A stretch of 64,000 nucleotides of DNA. Origin: Marsupella aquatica (taxonomy: Eukaryota > Plantae > Marchantiophyta). The notes beneath the pieces are model-generated. The model was not told the origin of the DNA, did no database searches, and saw only the letters and a list, made by a program, of their open reading frames with translations. This document shows, piece after piece, positions 1 to 13,790 of this stretch (position 1 is its first letter; each line of letters begins with the position of its first letter). The translations under genes and the position numbers were made by a program. The stretch lies in assembly GCA_973895155.1 (NCBI GenBank), contig OZ316899.1:8187241-8251240 (forward strand). Direction: 5' to 3'.

Positions 1-3000
1 GTGGAGTTGTTTGTCATTATTGCCAACAGCTCCCTTTTTGTGTAGAGGCATGCTCTGCAAGACTGTTTTATATGTATCCTCAAGTTCTGCTTGACTCAGA
101 TACCTGTAGTCACATGTCTCGCCTTGCGATTCATGTGGGCATCCACAACCATCCTTGTCGTAAGGTATTTTCCCGAAGTGCGGAAAAGGTAGTTGAAGAT
201 GTCATTAAAAAGAAATTGGAAGGCAATCCTACTTGGACGCCTGCCGGGATTAAAAATGTAGCGACAAGATCTTTTGTACAGTCTTTGTGTGAGAGCCTGG
301 GTGAGATTGAAGATATCGAAGAGACAGAGATTTTCCAGTCTCTAATGGTAGTTTCTACTCCACAGAAGTTTGCATCTCTTTTCAGGAGTGTGAGGCAGGA
401 CCAGAAAGGCCGTGGAGAGTTGGATTTTCTTGTTCGGTATCAAAAGAATATCAACATGCCTTTTCTACAGAGGTACATCCTTCCAGGTCAAGGATCTCAA
501 GAAGACAGACCTCACATATTTAAGATGACTTCCAAAGGCCATGGGTCTGGGGTGGATCTTTTGCGGCAAATGCAACCTGGAGGGATGCTTGAAGGTGCCT
601 GGGTAAGCTTCGATGTCATGAAACGAATGACCAAGGATTGGGTGACTTTCAGCGCACACGTTTACGATCATAATTACCGCGCATTGTGTACAATATTTAC
701 TTGCGAGCTAAAAGCTGAGGACACGACGTCGTTCGAGAAGGCTTGGAGATTGATGATTGAGGTTTCCAAAGAGAATGGGTTAGATAATCCAACCATTCAT
801 GGCTTCATGGCAGACAATGCCCAAGCCGGATGGTTAGCAGTCCGAAATGTTTTTTTTGGAGGGCATCCAAACCCTGAACGGGAGAGGACTGACGCTTTTC
901 ATTTTTACCAAGCTTTTCATCACCATTCTGTTGAAGGAGTGTTGGAAGAGAAGCAGGCGGAACATCGAATGCTATGGGATAAATTACGGAACGCACCGAC
1001 ATTTGTAGAGGCTTACCGACTTTCAAGAGAGATTGACCTATGGTGGCAGTCGGGTAATTGCTTACCTGGGAAGCTCCGAATGCTTCAGAGTTGGATATCG
1101 TGGTGGGTCGTGCGTTGGAGGCAGTGGGGAAATTTTATTCGCTTGGTAGGTAATAGCGCCTGGCGCTAGTAATATGCAAGTCAGATTCCTTTGTGGAAGT
1201 ACATTTTTGAGATGACATTCCTCAACATTCCATCCAAAGAATCCAAATAATGTCATTGATTCTCAAATATTGACCTGTTTATTTTCATAACATGTGATTA
1301 CACAATAATATTGATGGTTTTGTCAAAATGTTCTGCCTAGCGCTAGTATGTTTTGCGGATTCTCACTAGTGTTTATGCTTTGCCGTTCCAGGACAAAAGT
1401 GCTGAAGAAGGCGCTAGGATTCCTAACTGTACCGGATCAGAGTCTGTTCACGCAGGAATGAAAGCATGGGTAATGAAAAAAAAAGTGGGGCTCTTCGAGG
1501 CATGTGAAATGGATCAGAATCGAGCTATATCTCAGGTTGCAGCCTATACCGCATATCGGAAAGGATTGAGTAGAGGAAGAGGTCCTACAATATGGGAACT
1601 GGCTTTCCGTTCAGCTGACCAGGCAGGTTCCCCAAAGTTGTTCGAGGATGCAATGAACATGCTCCTCTCCAATGCAGCTGAGTTTGACTTGGAGAGAAGC
1701 GTTCCTCTCAACGGAGATGTTCTAACAAAGTCTGTCAAGAGGAAAGGACCTGCAACTGGGATTGTCTCGCCACAAGACTCCCACCGGCATGATAAAGTCC
1801 TTATCACATCGCCGAATACGAGATCACTCAAGCGTAAAAATCTGCACCACACAATGTTTGCTTCCGTATCAAAAGAAAAAACTGATGATATTTCCGTTGT
1901 CAATCTCTCAGGAAGTGATGATTCGAGGGATGCAGAACGTGATGATTTCAGTACACCGCAGGGTCGACATCAATCACGTTCAACACAATACCCACAAAGC
2001 GCTCCCACTATACTCAGCAGACATCACTCCAATCTCCAGTTCTTGAAATAGAAGTCATGCAAGGTTCATGGCATCTGCGTCGGACATCAAGATTTGGGGC
2101 CGGTCCACAGTGCAACGCGTCATTTGGCGGTAGTTCCGAGAGAGATGAGTGTCGAAATAGAGTGAAGAAAGTTGGGTTCCCCTCATCAAACGGTGTCATC
2201 GGCATTGTTGTCAAAGGACAACGCATGTTTAGGGGGGAACCCATAGCTGAAATGATTTGGTTCTGCCCAAACAACACATGTTATCGGAGCCGTCTCCGCC
2301 GTGGTGTAGTGAACTTGCCCTCCTTTCCCGATGTTCTTCCTGTTATAAAAGGAACAAATGTTTTAGAAGCTGAGATGAAGTATCTTGTTGACCAGGGAAT
2401 ACCTATAGCCCGAGGAAGAGACGGTCCTCTACCTCCACCATCACTTTTCGAGCTTCGAATCAATGTAAACTTATTTCCAGAGAGAGTCAATCTTCTGGAA
2501 CCCACTGTTCGTCTCCGGAGTCAGAATGGAAAGAACATGGTTCCTCGATCGACCTTGACCCATGGTCACATGAAGAGGATTGAATCTGCAAGAAAAGAGA
2601 CCATGTCCGTCCAGGGACAGTGGGATGTTTCTATTGGGAACTCATGGGGGAAGCAATTCAAAGTACAAACACATGAGAATCTAAGGACGCCGAATAGTTA
2701 CTTTGTGCAGATTTGTATTTTCCCGACTTGTTCTTGTGAGGATTTCTATCGTCGACATTCTCGCAGACATCCATATATGCCTTGCAAACATTTGTACTGG
2801 GTTTTCCAGAACGTTTTCAAACTAGACGTTGAGGAATCTACTTTGACCAGCCAACCAATTCTCATAGTTGGAGAAGTCCGAATGATCTTGGAAAGGGAGA
2901 ATGCTCATGGTTTATAGAGAAGGATATATTTGTCCTATACTTGAAACGGTTATATTAGTTTTTGTCGTATTACAACGGTATAGTTTTGTGTTAGCGCCTG

Positions 3001-3556
3001 GCGCTGGGATGGAAGTCTTCCTGATTACCATTTATCTCATTGTAATCCTATCACTACAAATGATATTTTAAATTTTTGTTTCCCACATTTTGCATTCATC
3101 CAATGTCATTTTCTAAATGTGTTGGTTGTTTCCATTTTAGCTAGCGCCAGGCGCTAGCCCATCATTGGTGGTGTTTCAAATTGTCTGGAGTTTTCATTTG
3201 TGGTTTTCTGCCTTATTGTTGGCCTATAATATTATGTTACTTATGGTGGGACCTACCATGTCAATGTTTTTTCCCGTGACATTCACTGGTTAATGGTTGT
3301 GTGTCTGTGGTGATTCCGGACTCACTTATCTTCAGACAACAATTGTTGTCGTGTTAGTTGGTTCTAAGCTCTAGAATGTAAATGAAGCCCAATGCATATT
3401 GCTTTTTTTCAGATGTATCGGGCTTGAAGTAATGAAGTATTATCCTGTTCCAATGACTAACTTTTCCTGGTAACAGCAGCATATTCCTGATAACAGCAAA
3501 AAAAACTGCTACCAGAATTCCTGTTTTCCTGTTTCCTGTCTCGGTGGCTATACCCC
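1..3556 (+). mobile_element. Right part of a MULE-like DNA transposon, apparently inserted into the copia-1 integrase region
   Basis: The transposase is followed by AT-rich sequence and a terminal block ending ...GCTATACCCC. This abuts copia integrase coding sequence (minus strand GYKLWHPIDCKAVV|) that stops abruptly at about 3557. Confidence 0.65.
3..2917 (+). CDS. MULE/Mutator-like DDE transposase with C-terminal SWIM zinc finger (5' end off-window; at least one intron; frameshift or second intron near 1945-2056)
   Basis: The frame is open from base 3. Candidate catalytic residues are FDVMKR (D), GFMADNA (D) and NCTGSESVHAGMK (E), with DAFH at the C/DxxH position. A phase-0 GT..AG intron at 1146-1391 joins ORF 72..1169 to ORF 1353..2051 in frame. 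ORF 2057..2917 has the SWIM motif CSCEDF-x12-CKH. Confidence 0.75.
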
Positions 3557-3558
3557 TC
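3460..3558 (-). repeat. Probable terminal inverted repeat of the MULE-like element
   Basis: The reverse complement GAGGGGTATAGCCACCGAGACAGGAAACAGGAAAACAGG...CTGTTACCAGGAAAA aligns by eye with 14238-14337 (GGGTGTATATGGCACCCGTGACAGAAAACAGGAAACAGG...CTGTTACCAGGAAAA). Confidence 0.6.
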
Positions 3559-5738
3559 ACAACTGCCTTGCAATCGATAGGATGCCATAATTTATAGCCC
3601 TTCTGCCCGGACTAAAACCTAGAAAAATACATTTCTTAGACTTGGGATCCAATGTAGACCTGTGTGTTTGCTCAATGTGAACATAGGCAGCACACCCAAA
3701 AACTCAGAGTCTAGAGTAATCAACAGGTCTCTTATACCACAACTCAAATGGAGTCTGCATCAACTTACTATTGTGTGGTGACAGGTTGTAGACGTATGCA
3801 ACTTGGTTGACAGCTTCAGCCCAAAAGTTGTTGGGTAACTTGGACTTTCATAGCATGCTGCGTGCTTTCTCCAGTAATGTCCGGTTCAACCGTTCTTCAA
3901 CGCCATTTTGTTGCGGGGTCTCTGGTACAGTGTAATGACGCCTGAGGCCAAGGTCCCAACCAAATTTGTCAAACTCGTTGGACTTATACTCACCACCGTT
4001 ATCTGACCAAACACACTTCAACTCCTTCCCAGTTTGTAGCTCCACCGTGGCTTTCCACTCCTTGAAGATCTCAAATACTTGAGACTTCTCCTTCATGTAG
4101 TACAGCCAACACATTTGAGAGTAATCATCAACAAACATCACACAATATTTGGCTCCACCCAACGACGGCTCCGGCGCTGGACCCCAAACATCCAAATGTA
4201 CATACTCAAGAATCTCATGAGAATGGTATGAACTAGAACTGAAACTCACTCTCCTCTGCTTGCCATAGATGCAATCTTCACAGAAAGAGAGTTTACCAGA
4301 TTGAGTGCCTTGTAAGAAATATTTGTTTGCCAAGGCTGCCAATCCTTTACCACTCAAGTGCCCCAACCGTGCATGTCACAAATCTATGGCTTGTGTGCGA
4401 CCAGATGTTGAGGGTGCTTTAATTGAAGCAACCAAAGATGACTCTACGACAGATGTTGCCGCTGCATCCAAACGTTCCACCACAGAATCCACATGCCCCA
4501 CTCGAGAAGCAATGACATCTCCTTGCAAGATGTACAAATTATTTTGTCGTAGCGTCTTAATCAAAGGTACATCACCTTTGACAACAAAAAGCACATCATC
4601 ACGTGCAGTGAAATGAGATCCACCAGCTTCCAAAGCACCCAAGGAGACCAAATTCTTAGAGATGTCTGGTATGTGCTTGACTTCTGTCAGTGCTCGCACA
4701 ACACCATCAAACATCCAGAATTTGATAGTCCCGATGCCAACGATCGCACATGGGACACCATTTCCGATTTCCACAGTACCAGAACAAGGTTGGTAATTGG
4801 AGAAATACGATCGCGTTGGACACACGTGATAAGAGGAACCCAAATCCAACATCCATTTATTGTCATACATAGAATTCATAGCACCAATACATAGCACTTC
4901 ACCAACATCCCTCATTATCAGCAATCACAATGCTAGCTAATGAGGAGGACGCACCATTGGAAGCAGGATACTTCTGCTTTGACAGAGAAGGACAATTCCA
5001 TTTGGTGTGGCCCTTCTTATGGCAATGCCAACACTTAACTTTCTTATTACGGGACTTAGATTTAGATCTACTTTGAGATTTAGATCTAGACAGATCCATA
5101 GTACGCTCCGTCAATCTGCCTCTAACCATTAAGGCAACAGATTCATCTTCACGGTCAGAAAGATGTTGCTTGCTCCATTATGCAAGAACAGTAGCCTTCA
5201 TCGCATCCAGCTTCAACGTAGTCTTGTCATGTGTGATGACCGTTACCAACGTTGAAAAACTCTTCGGAAGCGACATCAACAAATGGATCGCAAGGTACTC
5301 ATCGGTCAACTTATCTCCCGCCGTGGTCTCCTCGTGCACAATCTCATCAAAGAGACTCAGGTGATCACACATGTTTCCACCATCCTTCAACTTCAACCTG
5401 AATAGCCGCTCCAACTGGTAAATACGAGTAGTCAATGAAGTACTCTGGTATAGCTGAGTAAGCGTCTCCCAGATCTTCTTGGCGTTTTGATCCATCCCCA
5501 ACATGTTCTTGAGAATGTTGTTGGCCAAGCATAACTTGATTGTACTACACGCCTGCACCGACATGTCTTCCCACTCCTCATCTGTTAGAGTCGAGGGCTT
5601 CACTCCAATGATGGCCTTTTCAAGACCCTGCTGGATCAACACGTTGGTCACCTTCCGAGTCCATAGGCTAAAGCTTACCTTCCCATCAAACTTCTCCACC
5701 TCAAACTTTGGCGCTACAAGCTTTCATGAAGCCATGGA
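3557..5738 (-). pseudogene. copia-1 gag-protease-integrase polyprotein, interrupted by stops and frameshifts
   Basis: EKFDGKVSFSLW (gag), CWHCHKKGHTKWNC (zinc knuckle), WMLDLGSSYH (protease), GHLS..CEDC plus VHLDVWGP / SDNGGEY / QQNGVEER (integrase), split over four ORFs. Confidence 0.9.
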
Positions 5739-5894
5739 TCCTTCCACAAACACACAGGAAACACAAGTACTTAACTACCTCCACTCAAAAATTTACCAAA
5801 TTGGAAGTTGGAAAATTTGAATTTTGAATGCACCAGCGTAAACAATTTCTTCAAACTGTCTTCAATAAGAAAGTTATTGGCAAAACTATTTTCC

Positions 5895-6110
5895 GGGTCG
5901 GCCTTGGAGCGAGGCTCCCTTTGGTCACTCCGAGTCGCCCTTGGAGCGAGGCTCCCTCTAGTCACTCTAGGTCGCCCTTGGAGCGAGGCTCCCTCGGGTC
6001 GCCCTTGGTTCAACCCTACTTAGGGTTGCCCTTGAGGCGAGGTTCCTTTGGGTCGCCCTTTGTTTGACCCTACTTAGGGTCGCCCTTGGGACGAGGCTCC
6101 TTTGGGTCAC
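5895..6110. repeat. Degenerate tandem repeat (~35-40 bp, ~6 units) in the copia-1 leader
   Basis: The core GTCGCCCTTGGAGCGAGGCTCCCT recurs through the interval. Confidence 0.8.
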
Positions 6111-6917
6111 TCTCTAAAACCCTGACCTCAGATTACTGTTCACTTGTGAGGGGCCCACCTATTGGCCTTATCACAATATAACACGTGCCGCTATGAGCAC
6201 AGTTGAGGTAGATTCTCAATCCCCAATCTTATCACTCGGAAATCCGTGCTCAGTTCTTCCTCGGAAATCCGTGCTCAGTTCTTCTCCAGCCAAAAGCAAA
6301 TTGATCTATACGATCGATTGCCAGGATCCAACAATTCCCAATTGACTCAAAAACCACAACATTCAAATGCAAAGATACACGAGAATTGTGGCACCGGTCG
6401 AAGCAAAACCTGTCACAAACTGAGCTATCTGCAAATAAGTTTGGTCGAAACAACACCAGCACCCTTGCGACAAGGTGCTCAACTGTGTAGTTCAACCACA
6501 AGCTCTAACAAGAACCCCAAAATCATGCAGAAATTCAGGTTGTGATGCTGCGCCCAACTCTCCGTCGCGGAACTACAAACGGTCAGAAAAAACTGCAATC
6601 TTAAAGTAGCGATAACTCCGCAAAATAGCTCCATAGAAGCCAATATTTGGCTCAAAATGTCTAGAACTCCGCAGGCTATCTGTTAATCAACTTCTTCCCC
6701 AGATTCAGTAGTTGATTCAAAATGTCACATTGTAAACAAGCTTCCGGCCGCCATAACCGAGCAACCACGACAGAGAAAATTGTCACCTCTTTCGAACAGG
6801 AAAACTCCAGCGCCCAGTGAAACAATCATGCAATCATTGATAATGATTCAATCTTTCACCAAATCCAACACACCGTACATTCTCCCACTGCCCAATCAAC
6901 CAAACGTCAAACACGAA

Positions 6918-6929
6918 GCTCTGATACCA
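6918..6929 (-). promoter_or_regulatory. Primer binding site (tRNA-iMet) of copia-1
   Basis: GCTCTGATACCA is the reverse complement of TGGTATCAGAGC and lies 2 bp from the LTR edge at 6932. Confidence 0.9.
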
Positions 6930-7138
6930 CTTGTAGGAAACCGTCAGCTCCGACTAGGCAGCAATGCAGAAACATGAGAATGCACACAATCTCAAACTAC
7001 ACCTACAAGACACCAATGATGGAGAAACTCTTGAAGGATCCATAGCTCATGAGAAAGAACATGTGAAGAATGAGGGAGAGAATGCTCTCCCTCCAACTAT
7101 ACCCCCCAAGGGGGACTAAGATGTGGGGGCCTAAATAA

Positions 7139-7480
7139 TGTTGAGCATAGATGACACTTGTAACGGTAAGCACATGACACATCCAACGTGCAAGTAGTCG
7201 ACACAAGAGATACGTGTTCACCTCCTCGAGGCTACGTCCACGGGAACACACAAGAGAGCTTTATTGAACTCTAAACCCGTCGGCTATACCAAGTCTCTAC
7301 AGTGTAAGCTCTCCTCATCTCTCAAGTGGCTCCATAATAATGAGCCTAAGTTCCACTTATCCAAGCAAACATCGCTTGACATATAGTGTGTATCCTAGTT
7401 AACCTAACCATGTCTCCGACTACGGTTAGTCTAACTACGGTTACATGTCGTAACCCTAGACCTTGAGTAAATACCTAACA
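7139..7480 (-). repeat. copia-2 3' LTR
   Basis: TGTTGAGCATAG...ATACCTAACA; about 94% identical by eye to 13791-14133. Confidence 0.95.
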
Positions 7481-7673
7481 ATCTCCCCCTTGACTGTGGT
7501 CTAGGGGAGGGTAATACTGCTAACCTATATGATTCCTCAGCGGGAAGTTCTGGACAAAAATGAACATGATTTCCCCTCTGTAACTAGAGCAAACCAAAAC
7601 TAAGCCGTAGCCTATTACTAGGAGTGAAGAAGAGCATATATCGGTAATTACAACGAATGTTAAGAAAAAACCC

Positions 7674-10600
7674 TTACTTGTGACGCAATTGCAAAACCTG
7701 TAGCACGTCACGATGTCTAGAGAAACTTTTTGAAGGATTGGTAAATGCGTCAGCTGGGTTGAGTTTATCATCTATTTTGACTAGCTCAAACAAATTATCA
7801 GACACAGTCTGCCTGATAAAATGGTACCTGACGTCTATATGATTCACTCTACTGTCCATCACCTGGTTCACAGCAAGATGAAGCACACTTTGACTATCAC
7901 AATGGAGCTTCACATTCCCCTATGGCAATCCCATTTCAGTGATAAATCTATCCAACCAAATTGCTTCCTTTGCTGCTTCTGCTACTGCAACATACTCTGC
8001 TTCTGTAGTAGACTGAGCAATACACTTATGCAAAGTAGACCTCCAACTTATGCATCCACCACCAAATGTGAACACGTATCCAGTTGTTGATCTCCTTCAG
8101 TCTAGATCTTGTCCATAGTCAGAATCTACATAGCCAATCAATGATCTAGAATTCTTTGCATTTGCATCAAATAAAAGATCATGATCCATGGTACCCTTCA
8201 AGTACCTGATAATCCACATCACTGCTTCCCAGTATATCTTCCCTGGATTTGACATGTACTTGCTCACCTTGCCCATAGCCATGGCAAGATCAGGTCTACT
8301 GCAAGTCATCAAATACATGAGACTTCCCACTGCCTTATCATAAGGAACCTTTGACATCAGCCCCTTCTCTGTCGCATCTGTGGAACAAAAAATTGATGAC
8401 AATTTGAAGTGTGCAGCCAAAGGGGTACTTACTGGCTTACTATCTCCCATGTTGAACCTAGCAATTACCTTCCTCGCATAACTGCTCTACGTCAACCATA
8501 GCTTACCAGCCTCCAAGTCCCTAGTGATCTCCATACCCAAAATTCTCTTAGCTGGCCCTAGGTCTTTCATCTTAAACTGTACACTGAGCAGTGCCTTAAG
8601 CTTAACAATCTCCGACCTATCCTTGGACGCAATAAGCATGTCATCCACATAAAGTACTAAAATAATGAACCCAAAGATAACATTTTTCACCGGTTTCAAA
8701 TATACACAAGGGTCAAACACACTCCTGTGAAAACCTTGTGACCGAATCCAATCATCAAACCGCTTGTTCCACTGTCTTGGTGACTGCTTCAACCCATACA
8801 AGGATTTCAACAATCTGCAAACTAGTTCCTCCTGTCCTCTCTTCACAAAACCTAGCAGCTGTCTCATGAAGATCACCTCTTCCAAGGTGCCATAGAGGAA
8901 AGCTGTGACAACATCCATCTGATCTAGCAGTAGACCAAACATTACAACAAGCACACACAATAGCTGTATTGTTGAGTACTTAACAATTGGTGAGAAGACC
9001 TCATTGTAATCCACACCTTTTTCTTGTGTAAATCCCTTGGCTACCAACCTAGCCTTGTAAACCTTCAATCCACCTCCCATAGACTGATCCTTCAGCTTGT
9101 ATATTCACTTGTTGTCCACCACTTGCTGACCCTTAGGCAGCTTAATAAGCTTCCAAGTTTTGTTGTCCTTTAGTGATTGCATCTTCGTTTGCATTGTTGC
9201 AATCCACTTTTGCTTCTCCTTTGAAGCACTTGCCTCATGAAATGAAGGTTACCCTTCTTCCAAAGTTAACGCATCACCCTCATCATCAGCTACAAAATCG
9301 TCCTCTTGCAGTTGAGATGAATCAACCCACTGTCCATACCTAGGAGGAGCGCGTACAGTGCAACCAGATGTTCTTCTAGCCGATGACTCGAGTTGAATTG
9401 CGTCTACTGGTACAATTTGAAGCTCAACAACATCCACTTGCTGCTCACCAGCATCAACAAACTCCTCTTGTTCCTCTAACATAGGAACCAGTTCCATGCT
9501 TGGAGCACCTCCTTCTCTCCAATCATGCACTTTATGATCAATCTCCCCCTCAACGAGATCCGTGACAGAAGATTTTCCTTTGTCAGTACGGGAGACCTGA
9601 GTATTCTCCCCCTCCTTCAATAATCTGGATTCATTGAAGGAAACATCCCTACTGAGAACGAGCTTACAGGCAATAGGATCCCATAGCCTGTAGGCCTTCA
9701 CACCACTATGATATCCAAGAAAAATACATTTCTTGGACGTAGGATCCAACTTGGTCCTATTCTGCTTTGGTGTGAGAGCATATGCATCACTTCCAAAAAC
9801 TACCAAGCCACGATAGTCTGCTTGCCACTTATAACGCATTTCAAATGGCGTTTTGAAATTGATTGCACTAGAAGGAAAAATATTTACCAAATAAGCTGTA
9901 GTATTGACAGTTTCTGTCCAAAATTCCTGTAGTAAACCTGATTGGCTCAGCATACTCCGTGACCGCTCCAATAGTGTTCGATTGAGCCTCTCAACGACAC
10001 CATTCTGCTACGGAGTATAAACTGTGGTGAGATGGCGAGTTATCCCCTGTTCTGCACAGTACTCTTCAAATTCCATTGAAGTGTACTCCCCGTTGTTGAC
10101 CTCAGACTCTTCACCCTAGTATCCAAACACTTAATCGTGTTTCCCGTCTGATTCTCCACTTGGGCCTTCCACTTTTAAAAAATGGACAAGACATCAGACT
10201 TATGTGTCATGAAATAAATCCATACAAATCTCGAGTAATCTTCAATAAAGGATCATAGTATAATTTTCCAAAATGTGAGGGAGTTGGGGATGGTCCCCAC
10301 ACGTCACTATGTATGTACTCAAGAACCGCTTTGGAACGATGAGTTCCAACACCAAAAGCACGACGATGCTGCTTTCCAAAAATGCAATGCCTACAAAAAT
10401 CTAATTTACAAGTTTGCAAATAAAAAATGAGCTCATTCTTCCGCAAGATAGCCAAACCCTTCTCACTCATGTGGCCTAGCCGTAAATGCCACAATTGAGT
10501 CATTTTCTTGTGAGACTTGGTTACATTGGCCTCTTCACATACTGTATTGCCCTGCAGCACATACAAATTCTTCTGTCTGCTTCCCTTCAAAATCAATGTC

Positions 10601-11976
10601 TCTCCCGACATGACTTGAAGTTCACCATCAATTACTTGCCATTGATGACCATTTGTATCCAACACACCGAGTGAAATCAAATTCTTACGCATGCCAGGTA
10701 CAACCTGACTCCAGACATTGTGCACACAATGCCATCAAATATTTGAATCTTTACAGACCCAATATCCTCAACTCGACAGGAGTAATCATTTCCCATCAAA
10801 ACTAAACCGTTTGACACAAAATAAAAATTGAAATACTTGCGAATGTAACAAATGTGAAAGGAGCAAGCACAATCAAAAATCCACACATCGTTTGCTCTCC
10901 TAGATGATGGCACAGGGCATACTCCTGACTTCATAAAACATACTCATCATTGAGTAAATCAACTTCTCCATTAGCACTAGCCACATTGGCTGATGAAGAT
11001 TCAGCTGCCTTACCCTTACAATCCCTCTTAACGTGACCAACCTTGTGACACTTCTAGCAGACTACTGGCCTTCTCTCCTGGGACTTCCCCCTTGAAGCAA
11101 ATTTTGTCCTAGATTTACTTTGTCCCTTGCCATTCGTGCGCTGCTCAGGACGCCGCTGTGACCTCCCACAATTTACATTCAAGGTAGCACCAGATGACGA
11201 TGTTGTATGGGCTTGACCTAGTTTCTTCTGTGCATCATCTAATTAATAGCAAAGAGCTTATCACCTCATCATATGAAATAGAGGTCAGGTCTCTCTATAC
11301 AAGAGAACCTGCTTCAAACCCTGATAAGATGGGGGTAATGAGTTGAGAAGAAGCAAGGCCTTGTCCTCTTCTTCAACGCCCTTACCGAGATTAGACAAAT
11401 CAACAGCTAGGCTGTCAAATTCATCCAAGTGATCTTGAAGCTTGTTCCCCTCTTTGACCCTAAGGCTCATTAAGAGAGACTTCTTGTACAATCGGTCTGA
11501 TGTATCCTCTTGATAGTACTTCTCCCTTAGGTTTTGAACAAAGATGCACAATCTGCGGAGTCATCCAACTTCTTGATGATATGCAGCTTCAGATAAAGCA
11601 TCACCGCATTCACTGCAATTACTTGTTCTTGCCTCCACCTCTTGAGTGGAATCTCCTCCTCATCATCGTACATCTCTCGTGTAGAGAGAGGATGATCTAG
11701 GCCCATAGCACGAAGAATTCCTTTCACTTGCTTCTCCCAGAGCAAGTAGTCCTTACGCCCATCATACTTTTCCACCTCAAACTTGACACCTCCGAACCTA
11801 GATGCCATTTGTTTTTCCTTCACAATCCCTTCTACTTGCTGCACCGGTGATTGTACCGGTGTCACATGCGCTTCCTCTTGCTCCTCTCTCTCCACCTCAA
11901 AATGCCGTGGTGATCCTTGTGTTTCAAGCTCCACATCTTTGAAAATCTCCTTTGAATCACTCATGTGAGAATGCAA
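7674..11976 (-). pseudogene. copia-2 gag-PR-INT-RT-RNase H polyprotein, fragmented
   Basis: VEKYDGRKDYLLW (gag), WIFDCACSFH (PR), LWHLRLGHMSEKG and HSDVWGP (INT), KARLVAKGFTQ, QMDVVTAFL, SLYGLKQ and LYVDDML (RT), CDSQS..HIDVRYH..ADAFT (RNase H). Many stops and frameshifts. Confidence 0.95.
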
Positions 11977-13790
11977 GAAAAAATGTCGTTTTTCTCAACT
12001 TCTCCAAAAACTCAAAACTTATCACCGCCATGTAGCCCACAAGCCTAGCTTTCCAATGCTGACAACCAGAATCAAAACCAAACTCCGACGTAAAAGTTAT
12101 TCACTTTTTGGCTGGGGTGGGTAAAACTTGGAATTCTCCCCTGTTTTGACCACCTCGGGGAATAACCAAAATGTGAACTAGTACCCAACGTCAGAAATGC
12201 AATTCAATTTTTGCACCCCGTTGCCAACTCTGATGGCTAGCAACTTGCCGAAGACAAACAAAAAAAGTTACCTTTCGGCAGACAGAATCTTCGACGGACG
12301 GCCAAAAACATGCTCTCTATTTTTCAAGAATATCCCTCACAGAGCAGCAGGGCTCACAGCGGGCCGTTCCCCATGTCGAAAAGGTTAAAGTGGAGGGCGA
12401 CAGGTCTCGGGATGTGGCAGCCAATAGGGAGGGAGGAAAAAAAATAAAAATTAAGGCCTAAAGGGGGTTTAAAGCCCCTTTACAAAAAATAGGCGTATAG
12501 CCGGGGTGTATGGCGGGGCCAGGCGCATGATATGCGCAAGGAGGGCATATGGGGCGGCAGCAGCCACAAAGTGGCAAGGCCGGGCCGTGAGCTGGGAGGC
12601 CGTGGCCGTGAAATCGGGACCGGACAGAAGCCAAGTCCGAAGGGGGGTGCGAGGGCGTAGCGCGGGGCAACCTGCGGGCTACAGGAGGCAGCCGGCTGTG
12701 GGGGGGTTTAGGCGCGCGCGGGAGGGCGCTGCATGGCTGGGCAGGCTGCAGGGTCACGACGGTGATGGGGGGGACGATGTACGTAGGGAGGGTGGGGGTG
12801 TGTGTCGATAGAGGGGAGGGCAGGGGGGTCAAACGTGTGTATACACACACGTTTGTGTGTGCACACACCCAAATGTGTGTGTATACACAAAAGTGGGTGG
12901 ACTCCCCCAAAAAACACAAAGCAAATCGCCACCAATGTTCCCAAATTCACCTCGTCATTGGCAAGGGCCCTAAAGAAAAATTTCCTTCCAAGCTGAGAGA
13001 GAGAGAGAGAGTGGAGTATTTTTTGAACAAAAAATTGGCTTGTAAGAAATCCCAAAATGCTTGTGGAAATCAAACGAGAAGAGCTTGCACCTTGTAACAT
13101 TCGGATTACGGTGAGGAGTCAGAAACCGATGTCGGTGGGTTGGAAAGATTTGCTTACCCGCATCGTTTTCTGGTCAATCAGTGGCAAAAACTCAGAAGTC
13201 TTTCCTCTTGTGGGCAAAACCGTCAATCTTGGACTCAAAATGATCACCACTTTGTGATCTCTCCATTCAGCCCAAGTGCTTCACGTCTCTCCCTTCAAGT
13301 CAAGTGCAACAACAAGAAACCCCGCTCAGGCAAAAGAAGACTCCATAGCCGATCAAAAAATCAGAACGCTTCTTTTTCTCGTCCCGTTGCACATGGTACT
13401 CACTTGGTAACAAATCAGCTACCAAAACGACCAGCTCGTCCCGATCTACAAGCAGAGCTAAAGTATGCAATGTCTCCTTTGCCATAGAGCTCACACCGTC
13501 GTGAAAACAAACTTTGGTCCCTCCATAAAAACCGTCAAACACGAATGTTGCCAACTTTCTTCACAAATTCCAGAACAACGAAAACTTAGATCTCTCCGCA
13601 CCACGATCTCCATTCAGCAATTTCTTTGTACTGTTAGAAAGCCCTCGCCCCGATCTATACGCTGAGCCTATAAACTCCAAGTTCCACGCGACGCAACTCC
13701 AGAAAATCCACCGACACTCAACGTTGGAAAAAACCGTCACAAAATCCCGTCACGAACAATGTCACCTCCCAGGCATGCTATAATACCAAT

